This document shows positions 9,449 to 17,919 of a stretch of 41,713 bases of DNA, piece by piece (within the stretch, counting starts at the first letter, position 1; each line of letters begins with the position of its first letter). The notes beneath the pieces were generated by a model, which saw nothing but the letters and a program-made list of their open reading frames with translations, had not been told where the DNA came from and made no database searches. The position numbers and the translations under genes are program-made. The stretch is from Bacteroidales bacterium (lineage in GTDB: Bacteria; Bacteroidota; Bacteroidia; Bacteroidales; VadinHA17), in the NCBI GenBank assembly GCA_012522155.1, contig JAAYKX010000050.1, positions 1 through 41,713 on the forward strand. The letters run 5' to 3'.

Positions 9449-10441
9449 TCAGCTAATGTTTTTATAAATGGTATATCTTGTCAGCATGTCAGCAAGCAAT
9501 AGAATAAAAGCAATCAGTACCGGAACCAGGAATTTTTCCTCCCTCCGTGTATATTGCCGTATTTCAATTCTCGACTTTTCCAGTTTATCTATTTCAGCAT
9601 AAATTTCAACAAGCTTGTTATTATCCGTTGCCCGGAAATATCTTCCTCCTGTTTTTGCAGAAATCTCTTTCAGGATATCTTCATCAATTTCGACAGCCAT
9701 ATTTCTGTTCTGGATCCCGTAGGGTGTCTGCACCGGGTAAGGCGCCGTTCCCATTGTCCCGACACCGATAGTATAGACCCGGATGCCGTATATTTTTGCA
9801 ATATCCGCAGCAGTGACCGGGGCAATCTCACCCATGTTGTTCACTCCGTCCGTGAGGAGTATGATTACCTTACCTTTCGATTCAGAATCCTTGATTCTGC
9901 TGATTGCCGTAGCAAGTCCGTTACCTATTGCGGTTCCGTCTTCTATCATGCCGCTTTTCAGCTCCCGCATAAGATTTATCAGAACAGCATGGTCGGTTGT
10001 AAGCGGACACTGGGTAAAACTTACCCCACTGAAGACAACCAGTCCTATCCGGTCGTAGGGTCTTCCGGAAATAAATTCTGTTGCAACATTTTTTGAGGCT
10101 TCCAGCCTGTCAGGTTTGAAATCGCGTGCAAGCATGCTTCCCGAAATAACCAGGGCAATAATAATATCTATTCCCTCCGTGCTTACATCCTGAAAACTGT
10201 CAGACTTCCGGGGACCGGCTACCGCCACAATCAGAAGTCCGGCAACACATACCCTTATTGCAAATAAAACATGGCGCAGCCGGTTCCTGAAACTCTTTCC
10301 CGCGTTTCCGAAAGCATCAAGGCCGGGCATTGTCAGCGATGAATTGGTTTTATGCTGCCTGATTATATAATAGGCAACAATTACCGGGACAAGCCCCAGT
10401 AACCATAAAAATCCAGGATTTGCAAATGTAATTCCTTTCAT
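9449..10441 (-). CDS. batA: BatA (VWA domain)
   Basis: SGSMLARDFKPDRLEA, TQCPLTTDH, GTAIGNGLA, LLTDGVNN, GGRYFRATD. The MIDAS Asp reads as Val here. Confidence 0.92.
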   Translation of the reverse strand: MKGITFANPGFLWLLGLVPVIVAYYIIRQHKTNSSLTMPGLDAFGNAGKSFRNRLRHVLFAIRVCVAGLLIVAVAGPRKSDSFQDVSTEGIDIIIALVISGSMLARDFKPDRLEASKNVATEFISGRPYDRIGLVVFSGVSFTQCPLTTDHAVLINLMRELKSGMIEDGTAIGNGLATAISRIKDSESKGKVIILLTDGVNNMGEIAPVTAADIAKIYGIRVYTIGVGTMGTAPYPVQTPYGIQNRNMAVEIDEDILKEISAKTGGRYFRATDNNKLVEIYAEIDKLEKSRIEIRQYTRREEKFLVPVLIAFILLLADMLTRYTIYKNIS

Positions 10442-11421
10442 TGTCTGTTTTCCTTATCGCTATTTTCGGGAAGCTGTTCCTCAAATTCTTCCCTATGCCT
10501 GGTTATATCAACAAATTGCCATGAGTTTTCAAAATGAAGTTCATTTTCCGACGGATCGGGCTTGTATCTGGCAAATTTCACCAGGTCTGCTCCGTTTAAA
10601 ATATTCCTTAACTTAATATAAATTTCATCTTTTTTAAAACCGGTTTTCAGCAATTCTTCGAGTGTTTCGGATGTGGTCATTTCGAGAGAATACACTCCGT
10701 ATCTGTCCTCCAGATATTGTCTTATTATTTCAGTCAGTCTTGAATAATAAAGCTTGAACTCACCTTTCTGCCATAATTTCCGGTCCCGGAGTTTTTCAAG
10801 TTCACGAAAAGCAGTAACATGTGCTGCTTCTTTAATTACAACAGCTTCATAACCCGGTTTTGTCTTCCTGAACCGCTTGATCAGTCTTGTCACTCCCCAC
10901 ATCAGACCAGCCAGAAGAACTGCCAGAAAAAACCACGGAAGTATTTCCCCTAAGCTTAAAGGTGCCTTATACGGACCTGTTATGTCGAAAATTCCGGATG
11001 CCGTGCCGGGAGGTTCAATATTTACCCTCATCACTTCCAGATATGCATAATCCGAATAATATCTTTCAATACCCGGGTCAGACATTAATTCGGCATAAAA
11101 GGGTGGCACCTCATAGAATCCTGAATCAAAAGATGTTATAAGATATCTTTGAACAATTCTTAACATGTTGTTATCAAGTGCCAGTGTATCAGTCAGAGGC
11201 CCCGACAGTATTTCAATGTTTTTAATCAGGGTATCTTTTGCAGAGGCAATCTCAAGGCTTATTTCCGCAGGCTGGTCAACTGTTACGGTATAGTTGATCT
11301 GGTCCCCGATATAAATCCGGGATGTGTCAAAACGGGCACTCACATTAACTTCCTGAGCATCTGCATACACAAAAAATAAGCTCAGAAACAGGCCTGTATA
11401 AATATGTGTCTGAAGTTTCAC
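10438..11421 (-). CDS. Conserved bat-operon membrane protein (BatD/DUF4381-like)
   Basis: Signal peptide, ITSFDSG, one TM, YYSRLTEIIRQYLE, ADLVKFARY. Sits between DUF58 and batA. Confidence 0.8.
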   Translation of the reverse strand: MKLQTHIYTGLFLSLFFVYADAQEVNVSARFDTSRIYIGDQINYTVTVDQPAEISLEIASAKDTLIKNIEILSGPLTDTLALDNNMLRIVQRYLITSFDSGFYEVPPFYAELMSDPGIERYYSDYAYLEVMRVNIEPPGTASGIFDITGPYKAPLSLGEILPWFFLAVLLAGLMWGVTRLIKRFRKTKPGYEAVVIKEAAHVTAFRELEKLRDRKLWQKGEFKLYYSRLTEIIRQYLEDRYGVYSLEMTTSETLEELLKTGFKKDEIYIKLRNILNGADLVKFARYKPDPSENELHFENSWQFVDITRHREEFEEQLPENSDKENRQ

Positions 11422-12281
11422 CGTTTCTCAAACAGTTTAATCAGGGGTTTAACATAATCCTCTGCCGTACTTAAATATACTGAATCGACACCACATTTTT
11501 TAAAAACACTGTCAAGGGCAATAACATGGTTATCCCACCACTGTGCATAAGCATTTCTTGATTTTCCGGAAGAAGTGTCTATCCATTTCTCTGCTCCTGT
11601 TTCGGCATCAGAGATCTTTACCAGACCGATATCCGGAAGCCGGATCTCAGCGGGATCATAGACCTTGACCGCTGCTATATCGTGTTTGCTGGAGGCAATT
11701 CTCAGAGCTTCTTCAAAATCGGGAGCAAAAAAATCAGAAAGGATGAATGCCGTGGACCTTTTTTTTATTGCATTGGTGAGAAATCTCAGGGGTACAGCCA
11801 GGTCTGTCTTACGACTTTCAGGCGTAAAGCTCAGCAGTTCCCTGATTATGACCAATATATGTTTTCTGCCTTTCTGAGGAGGAATAAACTTCTCAATTTT
11901 ATCGGAAAAAAATATCACGCCGATTTTATCATTGTTAAAAATTGCAGAAAAGGAAAGAACTGCAGCCACTTCGGTCATCAGATCCTGCTTGAAGCCTGTG
12001 GCAGTTCCGAATCTTCCCGATCCGCTGACATCGATTAAAAGCATAACGGTAAGCTCCCGCTCTTCCTCAAACACTTTAACATATGGATGATTGAACCGTG
12101 CCGTTACATTCCAGTCAATGCTTCTGATATCATCACCATAATGGTATTCCCTGACCTCACTGAAAGCAATACCTCTTCCCTTGAATGCACTGTGGTACTC
12201 CCCGGCAAAAATATGCCTGGTGAGCCCGCGGGCCTTTATCTCAATTCTCCTGACTTTTTTTAATAATTCCGTTGCTTCCAC
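11418..12281 (-). CDS. DUF58 / VWA protein
   Basis: GEYHSAFKGRG, EVREY..GDDIRSIDWNVTAR, EEERELT, DVSGS. Start placed at the GTG at 12281 (MEATELLKKV). Confidence 0.92.
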   Translation of the reverse strand: MEATELLKKVRRIEIKARGLTRHIFAGEYHSAFKGRGIAFSEVREYHYGDDIRSIDWNVTARFNHPYVKVFEEERELTVMLLIDVSGSGRFGTATGFKQDLMTEVAAVLSFSAIFNNDKIGVIFFSDKIEKFIPPQKGRKHILVIIRELLSFTPESRKTDLAVPLRFLTNAIKKRSTAFILSDFFAPDFEEALRIASSKHDIAAVKVYDPAEIRLPDIGLVKISDAETGAEKWIDTSSGKSRNAYAQWWDNHVIALDSVFKKCGVDSVYLSTAEDYVKPLIKLFEKR

Positions 12282-12367
12282 TTTCAACAAAATAATCCGT
12301 TCAGCATTTTCCCGTATCAATGAGCAGATTGTAAATCCTCAATGCCTTTCGTGGCTTAAGGGATATT

Positions 12368-13363
12368 CTACGGAACCTCAACGACATTTAATATTTCAGC
12401 AATTATTTTGTCCTGATCCACATTTTCAGCCTCAGCCTCATAGGTCAGACCTATTCTGTGCCGCATAACATCCGGACATAATGCCCGGACATCTTCCGGA
12501 ATCACATACCCCCTCCTTCTGATGAAGGCGTATGCCTTGGCTGCAACAGACATATATATTGAAGCCCTGGGCGATGCGCCGTAGGAAATCATGTTCCTGA
12601 ACTGTTCCAGTCCGTATTTTTCAGGTTCCCTGCTCGCAAAAACAATATCCAGAATATATTTTTCGATTTTTTCATCCATATATACTTCCTTTACCACATC
12701 TCTTGCCCTGATAATATCTGAAGGCTTAAGAACCGTATTTGTTTTTGGAAACTCTTTTGCAAGGTTTTCCCTTACAATAAGCTTTTCTTCCTCCATCGAC
12801 GGGTAAGTGATCAGCACTTTAAGCATAAACCTGTCCATCTGTGCCTCTGGCAGCGGATATGTACCCTCCTGTTCTATCGGGTTCTGTGTTGCCAGTACCA
12901 GAAAAGGCTCATCCAGAATGAAGGTGGATTCACCTATTGTAATCTGCCGTTCCTGCATGGCTTCGAGCAGTGCACTCTGAACTTTTGCCGGTGAACGGTT
13001 AATTTCATCGGCAAGAATGAAATTGGCAAATACCGGACCCTTTTTTACCGTGAATTCCTCCTTCTTCTGACTATAGATCATAGTACCCGTAAGGTCAGCC
13101 GGAAGCAGGTCGGGGGTAAACTGAATACGGCTGAACTTTGCGTCAATAACAGAAGCGAGGGACTTAATGGCCAGTGTTTTTGCAAGTCCCGGGACTCCTT
13201 CGAGAAGAATATGCCCGTCTCCCAGAAGTCCGACCAGAAGACTGTCAATCAAATGCTTTTGACCAATAATGACTTTGTTCATTTCCATTCTGACGATGTC
13301 AACAAAAGCACTTTCCCTTTCAATCTTTTCATTTAGTATTTTAATGTCGGCTGTTTGCTCCAT
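12368..13363 (-). CDS. moxR: MoxR-family AAA+ ATPase
   Basis: EGVPGLAKT, RIQFTPDLLPAD, DEINR, ATQNPIEQEGTYPLPEAQ. Start placed at the ATG at 13363, downstream of the promoter. Confidence 0.95.
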   Translation of the reverse strand: MEQTADIKILNEKIERESAFVDIVRMEMNKVIIGQKHLIDSLLVGLLGDGHILLEGVPGLAKTLAIKSLASVIDAKFSRIQFTPDLLPADLTGTMIYSQKKEEFTVKKGPVFANFILADEINRSPAKVQSALLEAMQERQITIGESTFILDEPFLVLATQNPIEQEGTYPLPEAQMDRFMLKVLITYPSMEEEKLIVRENLAKEFPKTNTVLKPSDIIRARDVVKEVYMDEKIEKYILDIVFASREPEKYGLEQFRNMISYGASPRASIYMSVAAKAYAFIRRRGYVIPEDVRALCPDVMRHRIGLTYEAEAENVDQDKIIAEILNVVEVP

Positions 13364-13381
13364 AATCTGAATCTTAAAATG

Positions 13382-13389
13382 CAAATTTA
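13382..13389 (-). promoter_or_regulatory. Bacteroidota sigma-A -7 element for the moxR-bat operon
   Basis: TAAATTTG matches TAnnTTTG, 18 nt before the moxR ATG. Confidence 0.6.
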
Positions 13390-13497
13390 ATATCACTCAT
13401 ATTTTAATAAATACCGGGTCTGTGACAGGATATACAAAAAAAGCCCTGTAATTAATAAGGAGGTGTTAAGGAGAGTTAAATATCTGTTAAAACATTT

Positions 13498-14682
13498 TCA
13501 TTCCTCTTCCGGAAGTGTCAGGGGATTCCAGGGATATCCCGATCTTGCCGAACTTCTGACAATAAGTATCAGTACCAGGGGCATAAAAGCTGTGTTGCTT
13601 GAATACGGAAAAATCAGCAATATAAAAAACCACAGGGCATTCAGAACAAATACTATCCGGAACCATATATACCAGTCTTTTTTCAGAATAACAGACAGAA
13701 GACATGCCAGAATAAAAGGACTTAACCATATTGCATTGGGATTCAGTTTCATTTGCTGATGATCTGTAAAAAAGTTAAAGAAGATCATCAGTAGTGCAAG
13801 AACCGAGAAGAGTGAAAACAATATAATATCCATGATCCGGTTACTCTTTAAATCCCTTAAAACAGCCGAAAGGATGATTACAATCACCAGCAGAACAGAA
13901 AAGGCGAAAAGAGGTGATGTTAAAAAATTTACTTTTTCAGTTTCCAGATTTTTTTCCAGAACAGTTACGGGATTCTGCAGGAGCGGAATCATTTTGCCTT
14001 TTCTGTTAATAACAATATCAGACAGGCCTCTCTGCATATCAATGGGAAGGAACATACGGTCACGCACCGATGCCTTTCTGTTCCCCGGAGATCCCATAAG
14101 GAGATCTACTCCCAGCTTCAGCCACGGAGCCGTTTTAAGATATTTGCCGGTCAAAAACCGGAATGAAGGTACTTCATCCATCATTTCCGGCGGATAAACC
14201 ATGCTGTTGCCTATGGTCTCTTCAAGCAGGTCCCTGATACGTGTGGAACAATCATCATAAAAAAAGTCATAGCGGTATTTCACGTTTTCAGGTCTGAGAT
14301 TATCCTGAATCAACTGAATAAGTATTTCTGTTTCCCCGGGTTCAATATTTATTTTCTGCGATTGCACCCACCTTCCTTCCATAAAATATTCACGGATAAA
14401 ATGCTCATATGATGTCACACCAAGCATATATTCAAGTCTCCCCCTGGCAAATTTCCAGGCAAAAGCCGGAGTGTTGAAATCAAATACCCCCCAGTTGTAA
14501 ACCCTGTCGGTACCTGCAGTACTGTCAATTATCCTGAGCGCACTGTGACCCCATCGTGAATAAGTCTCAGTTCCCGGACCGCATGTCAGCAGAAATACTT
14601 CGGGAACAACACGGTCCTGTGAATGAATATCAAGAGAAGATAAAAAAACGACCGCTAAAAATACCAAAAACAGTTTTTTCAT
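13498..14682 (-). CDS. DUF4105 protein, Lnb-like lipoprotein N-acyltransferase family
   Basis: LLTCGPG..YSRWGHSALRI, YNWGVFDF, YRYDFFYDDCSTRIRD, several C-terminal TM helices. Confidence 0.8.
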   Translation of the reverse strand: MKKLFLVFLAVVFLSSLDIHSQDRVVPEVFLLTCGPGTETYSRWGHSALRIIDSTAGTDRVYNWGVFDFNTPAFAWKFARGRLEYMLGVTSYEHFIREYFMEGRWVQSQKINIEPGETEILIQLIQDNLRPENVKYRYDFFYDDCSTRIRDLLEETIGNSMVYPPEMMDEVPSFRFLTGKYLKTAPWLKLGVDLLMGSPGNRKASVRDRMFLPIDMQRGLSDIVINRKGKMIPLLQNPVTVLEKNLETEKVNFLTSPLFAFSVLLVIVIILSAVLRDLKSNRIMDIILFSLFSVLALLMIFFNFFTDHQQMKLNPNAIWLSPFILACLLSVILKKDWYIWFRIVFVLNALWFFILLIFPYSSNTAFMPLVLILIVRSSARSGYPWNPLTLPEEE

Positions 14683-15012
14683 GGATACAGATTATTTGTT
14701 TGTAAATTCTTCATTACGGTTACGAAAGTGCAAATAAGTCCTGATATAGCATTAATCCAAACATTATTTTTTCAAATTTTGTTAAATTGCCGGCATGAAA
14801 AAGGCCATTGTCAGATCACAGGCAGAAAACATCAGTTACAGAATTGTATTTAACTGCGGATTGAATTTCCCGTTCCATTCTGAGGGCCTGAAAAATCCTG
14901 TGATCAGCATGATAAATGAATATCCGGGATTTCATGCTGCGATGCAGGCTGAAGGAAGGAAATGGAAAGATATGTTTTCCGGCGAATCCAAAATTAACTA
15001 AAAAAAGTCTGA

Positions 15013-15651
15013 ATGGACAAATTTGACATTTTCAGAACCCTTAAATTTCTGCCCGGAATCATTCTTGGCCTTACAGTTCATGAGTTTAGTCATGCATTTG
15101 TTGCTCACAGCTGCGGTGATCCCACTTCGAGAGATCAGGGCAGGGTTTCTCTTAATCCTCTGAAGCATATAGATCCCCTGGGCTTTGTCATGTTGCTTCT
15201 TGTCGGTTTCGGCTGGGCCAAACCGGTGGAATTCAATGAACAGAATCTCCGTAATCCGAGGATCGACACGCTTAAGATAGCTGTTGCCGGACCGCTGTCC
15301 AATGCCCTTTTTGCAATGCTGCTTTCTGTGCTGTTCGTAATTGTGTTCAGGCATTTCAATATCGCCTATTATTCAATAACAACAGAAGTCCTGATCTATG
15401 CAATATACATCAACTGGGGTTTGTTCATCTTTAATCTTCTCCCCGTCCCCCCTCTTGACGGATCACATCTTCTCCTTTCCTTTTTCAGAAAATATCCCGT
15501 GTTTTACAACGGACTGTATAAATACGGAAGCTATTTCTTCCTGGGTCTCATTGCCCTGTCACTGATTTCCGGATTCAACCTCTTTCCCATATGGTCTCTC
15601 GTTCAATTCCTGGGAAACGGCTTCCTTTCACTTGTGGGATTCAATATATAA
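15013..15651 (+). CDS. Site-2 protease (peptidase M50)
   Basis: HEFSH zinc motif, GWAKPV, AGPLSN, FNLLPVPPLDG. Confidence 0.93.
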   Translation: MDKFDIFRTLKFLPGIILGLTVHEFSHAFVAHSCGDPTSRDQGRVSLNPLKHIDPLGFVMLLLVGFGWAKPVEFNEQNLRNPRIDTLKIAVAGPLSNALFAMLLSVLFVIVFRHFNIAYYSITTEVLIYAIYINWGLFIFNLLPVPPLDGSHLLLSFFRKYPVFYNGLYKYGSYFFLGLIALSLISGFNLFPIWSLVQFLGNGFLSLVGFNI

Positions 15652-15750
15652 CATACATTCCGGATAGCTGCTGAAATTTTCAGCATTCAACAGTCTGCTC
15701 AATATCCTGGTTTTATCTGTCCGGCAAGCGGCAAATCATCCTTTTGTTAA

Positions 15751-16479
15751 TTGATGAAATTTAAATATATTGCAGGAAACAAGGTCGTTGTGAAAATATT
15801 TATATTAATTCAGCTTTTAATTATGGCAGCCTGTGTTGAACATCAGTCTGATAAATACGAAGCTGCCAGAAAGCGGATGGTAAAAATCCAGATCCGGGAC
15901 AGAGGCATAAAAAATCAGGCAGTTCTTGATGCAATGAATACTGTCCCCCGTCATCTTTTTGTTCCGCTGGAATATCAGAATGAAGCATACAATGATTATC
16001 CCCTGCCTATAGGTTACGGACAGACCATTTCGCAGCCATATATAGTAGCATATATGACAGAGGTATTAAGACCTGACAAAAAGATGAAAGCCCTGGAAAT
16101 CGGGACCGGCTCAGGATACCAGGCAGCTGTTCTGGCAGAACTGGTGAATGAAGTATATACAATTGAAATAGTACCTGAACTGGCCGCGGAGTCTGCCGGC
16201 AGATTCAAAGAAATGGGCTATGACAATATTACATGCAAATACGGGGATGGTTACCAGGGATGGCCGGAACACGCACCTTTTGATATTATTATTGTCACTG
16301 CGGCTGCAGACCAGATACCCCGGCCCCTGATTGACCAGCTTGCCGAAAATGGCCGGCTGGTAATCCCGGTAGGACTGCCGGCAGCAATACAGGAACTTAT
16401 ACTGATAACAAAAAAGAACGGGAAACCTGTGGAAAGACGGCTTTCTTATGTTCGCTTTGTTCCTTTTAAAAGATTGTAA
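15751..16479 (+). CDS. pcm: Protein-L-isoaspartate O-methyltransferase
   Basis: VPRHLFVP, GQTISQPYIVA, LEIGTGSGYQAA, GDGYQGWPEHAPFD, VRFVP. Exact start uncertain. Confidence 0.94.
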   Translation: MMKFKYIAGNKVVVKIFILIQLLIMAACVEHQSDKYEAARKRMVKIQIRDRGIKNQAVLDAMNTVPRHLFVPLEYQNEAYNDYPLPIGYGQTISQPYIVAYMTEVLRPDKKMKALEIGTGSGYQAAVLAELVNEVYTIEIVPELAAESAGRFKEMGYDNITCKYGDGYQGWPEHAPFDIIIVTAAADQIPRPLIDQLAENGRLVIPVGLPAAIQELILITKKNGKPVERRLSYVRFVPFKRL

Positions 16480-16523
16480 TCTCTTTTCCGTATTAAGAGA
16501 TTGTAATCCTCTTTTCCGTATTA
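16471..16523. repeat. Near-perfect 25/26-bp tandem duplication spanning the pcm stop codon
   Basis: agattgtaatctcttttccgtatta (16471-16495) and agattgtaatcctcttttccgtatta (16498-16523). Confidence 0.85.
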
Positions 16524-16559
16524 TTTGTAAAGATACCTGCAGCAGACCTGTCATTTTTG

Positions 16560-16633
16560 TGATTCCGGCGCGATTCGAACGCGCGACCCACAGCTTAGAA
16601 GGCTGTTGCTCTATCCAGCTGAGCTACGGAACC
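16560..16633 (-). tRNA. tRNA-Arg (anticodon TCT)
   Basis: Minus strand reads GGTTCCGTAGCTCAGCTGGATAGAGCAACAGCCTTCTAAGCTGTGGGTCGCGCGTTCGAATCGCGCCGGAATCA: a full cloverleaf with a TTCGAA T-loop. CCA is not encoded. A TAATTTTG promoter element lies at 16668-16675. Confidence 0.96.
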
Positions 16634-16923
16634 AAATATTTATATTACATGATATCTCTTTAAGCCGCAAAATTATTTAATTTTTCGATTGTTGCAAGTT
16701 AATATGCTTCACCCGTCTTAAAAGAAAAATTTACAGCCGCCCGGACTTCCCCTTTCCGCTGCTTATTCCTTTTATTTTTATTTACGATTTTCATTATACA
16801 GAATTCTGTCAAAATTATAGCCAGCTTAGTCAATTTTATTCAGCCCTTCGTCATAATGTCATTTCTTATACTTTGTCAAGTCAATTATTCTTTTTTAATT
16901 TGTTCCAAGCTCATGCTATTGGT

Positions 16924-17124
16924 ATAAGAGGAGATGAGCAAGGGTTGGGAGTGAAAATCAACAGGATTGTATTGCAGACATTGACTTTCACATCTGGAAC
17001 CTGAGGAATAGCGCCAGCTTACCATGGTTCCATCCTTTTATCAGACAGTAGACACGGGAATTATCTCATAAATAAAACCCGCTCCCTGATGTTCACGACC
17101 ACCCTTCCTCCTCTTATTTTTTTT
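16924..17124 (+). ncRNA. Candidate structured ncRNA (6S RNA-like)
   Basis: The ends pair (ATAAGAGGAG/CTCCTCTTAT, AAGGGT-TGG/CCACCCTT, GTGAAAATCA/TGATGTTCAC), there is an internal TGGAACC/GGTTCCA stem, and a T-run follows. A near-consensus promoter TTTG-N19-TTAATTTG lies at 16872-16902. Confidence 0.45.
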
Positions 17125-17202
17125 GTACCTGGTTATGAGGCAATCCTCCTCAAAATTTGATTCACTAAAAAATAAATTAACTTTATGTTTTTCAGTTAGA
17201 GA

Positions 17203-17919
17203 ATGAAAACATATATACGCAGAAGGGAAAAAAACGATAGTCTTGTAGTTATGTATGGTGCCTGGGGAACGGATGAGAATGTGTTTGAGCCCTTATGCAA
17301 CGATGAGTTTGATTTCATACTTTTCTATAATTATTCTGCTGACCAGGCCCTGGTACTGCCTGAAATGAAGACTTATAAAAAGATCACCCTGATAGGATGG
17401 TCTATTGGGGTATGGGCTGCAGAATACCTGTCACCCTCCACCGGCATTATCCCTGACCGGACAATAGCCGTCAACGGAACACCTGTTCCGCTTGACGACA
17501 ATTACGGTATTCCACCCGGTTCATTTGAAAAGGCCCTGGACAATATAACGGAAGAAAGCATTGAGAAATTTTACTACCGCATGTTCGGAAGCAGGAGAAC
17601 ATATAATCTCAATTCCGACAGGATTCCCGACAGAACACTGGATTCATTCCATGTGGAATTAAGGTGGCTTTACAACCGGGTAATGGAACAGAGGGAACCT
17701 GGCTTCCGCTGGGATTTTGCGGTAACAAGCAGATCAGACAAAGTATTCCCTACGGAAAACGTAACAAAATACTGGGATAAAATGCAGAATACCAGACAAA
17801 TAATTGTTCCTTATCCGCATTATATGTTCTATAAGTGGCCATCCTACAGTGAATTTATAAATTATGTGGAAAGGCGTGCCAGAAACAGGTCTGCCCCGCC
17901 GGAAACCGACAGCCTGTAA
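17203..17919 (+). CDS. DUF452 / BioG-like alpha/beta hydrolase (pimeloyl-ACP methyl ester esterase family)
   Basis: WGTD, nucleophile elbow GWSIGVWAA, AVNGTP.P.DDNYGIP, DKVFP, PHY. Confidence 0.8.
   Translation: MKTYIRRREKNDSLVVMYGAWGTDENVFEPLCNDEFDFILFYNYSADQALVLPEMKTYKKITLIGWSIGVWAAEYLSPSTGIIPDRTIAVNGTPVPLDDNYGIPPGSFEKALDNITEESIEKFYYRMFGSRRTYNLNSDRIPDRTLDSFHVELRWLYNRVMEQREPGFRWDFAVTSRSDKVFPTENVTKYWDKMQNTRQIIVPYPHYMFYKWPSYSEFINYVERRARNRSAPPETDSL

Noticed and set aside
14795-15001. 68-aa ORF upstream of the site-2 protease
   Set aside because: No recognisable motif or signal; it could be real but cannot be supported from sequence alone.
16471-16523. CRISPR-like direct repeat
   Set aside because: Only two copies, 2 bp apart, with no spacer and no cas genes.
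16448-16663. 71-aa track ORF
   Set aside because: It is the antisense translation of tRNA-Arg plus the duplication.
16934-16954. AGGAG-ATG mini-ORF (MSKGWE) as a leader peptide
   Set aside because: Only 6 codons; Bacteroidota rarely use Shine-Dalgarno sequences, and the AGGAG is explained by the RNA closing stem.
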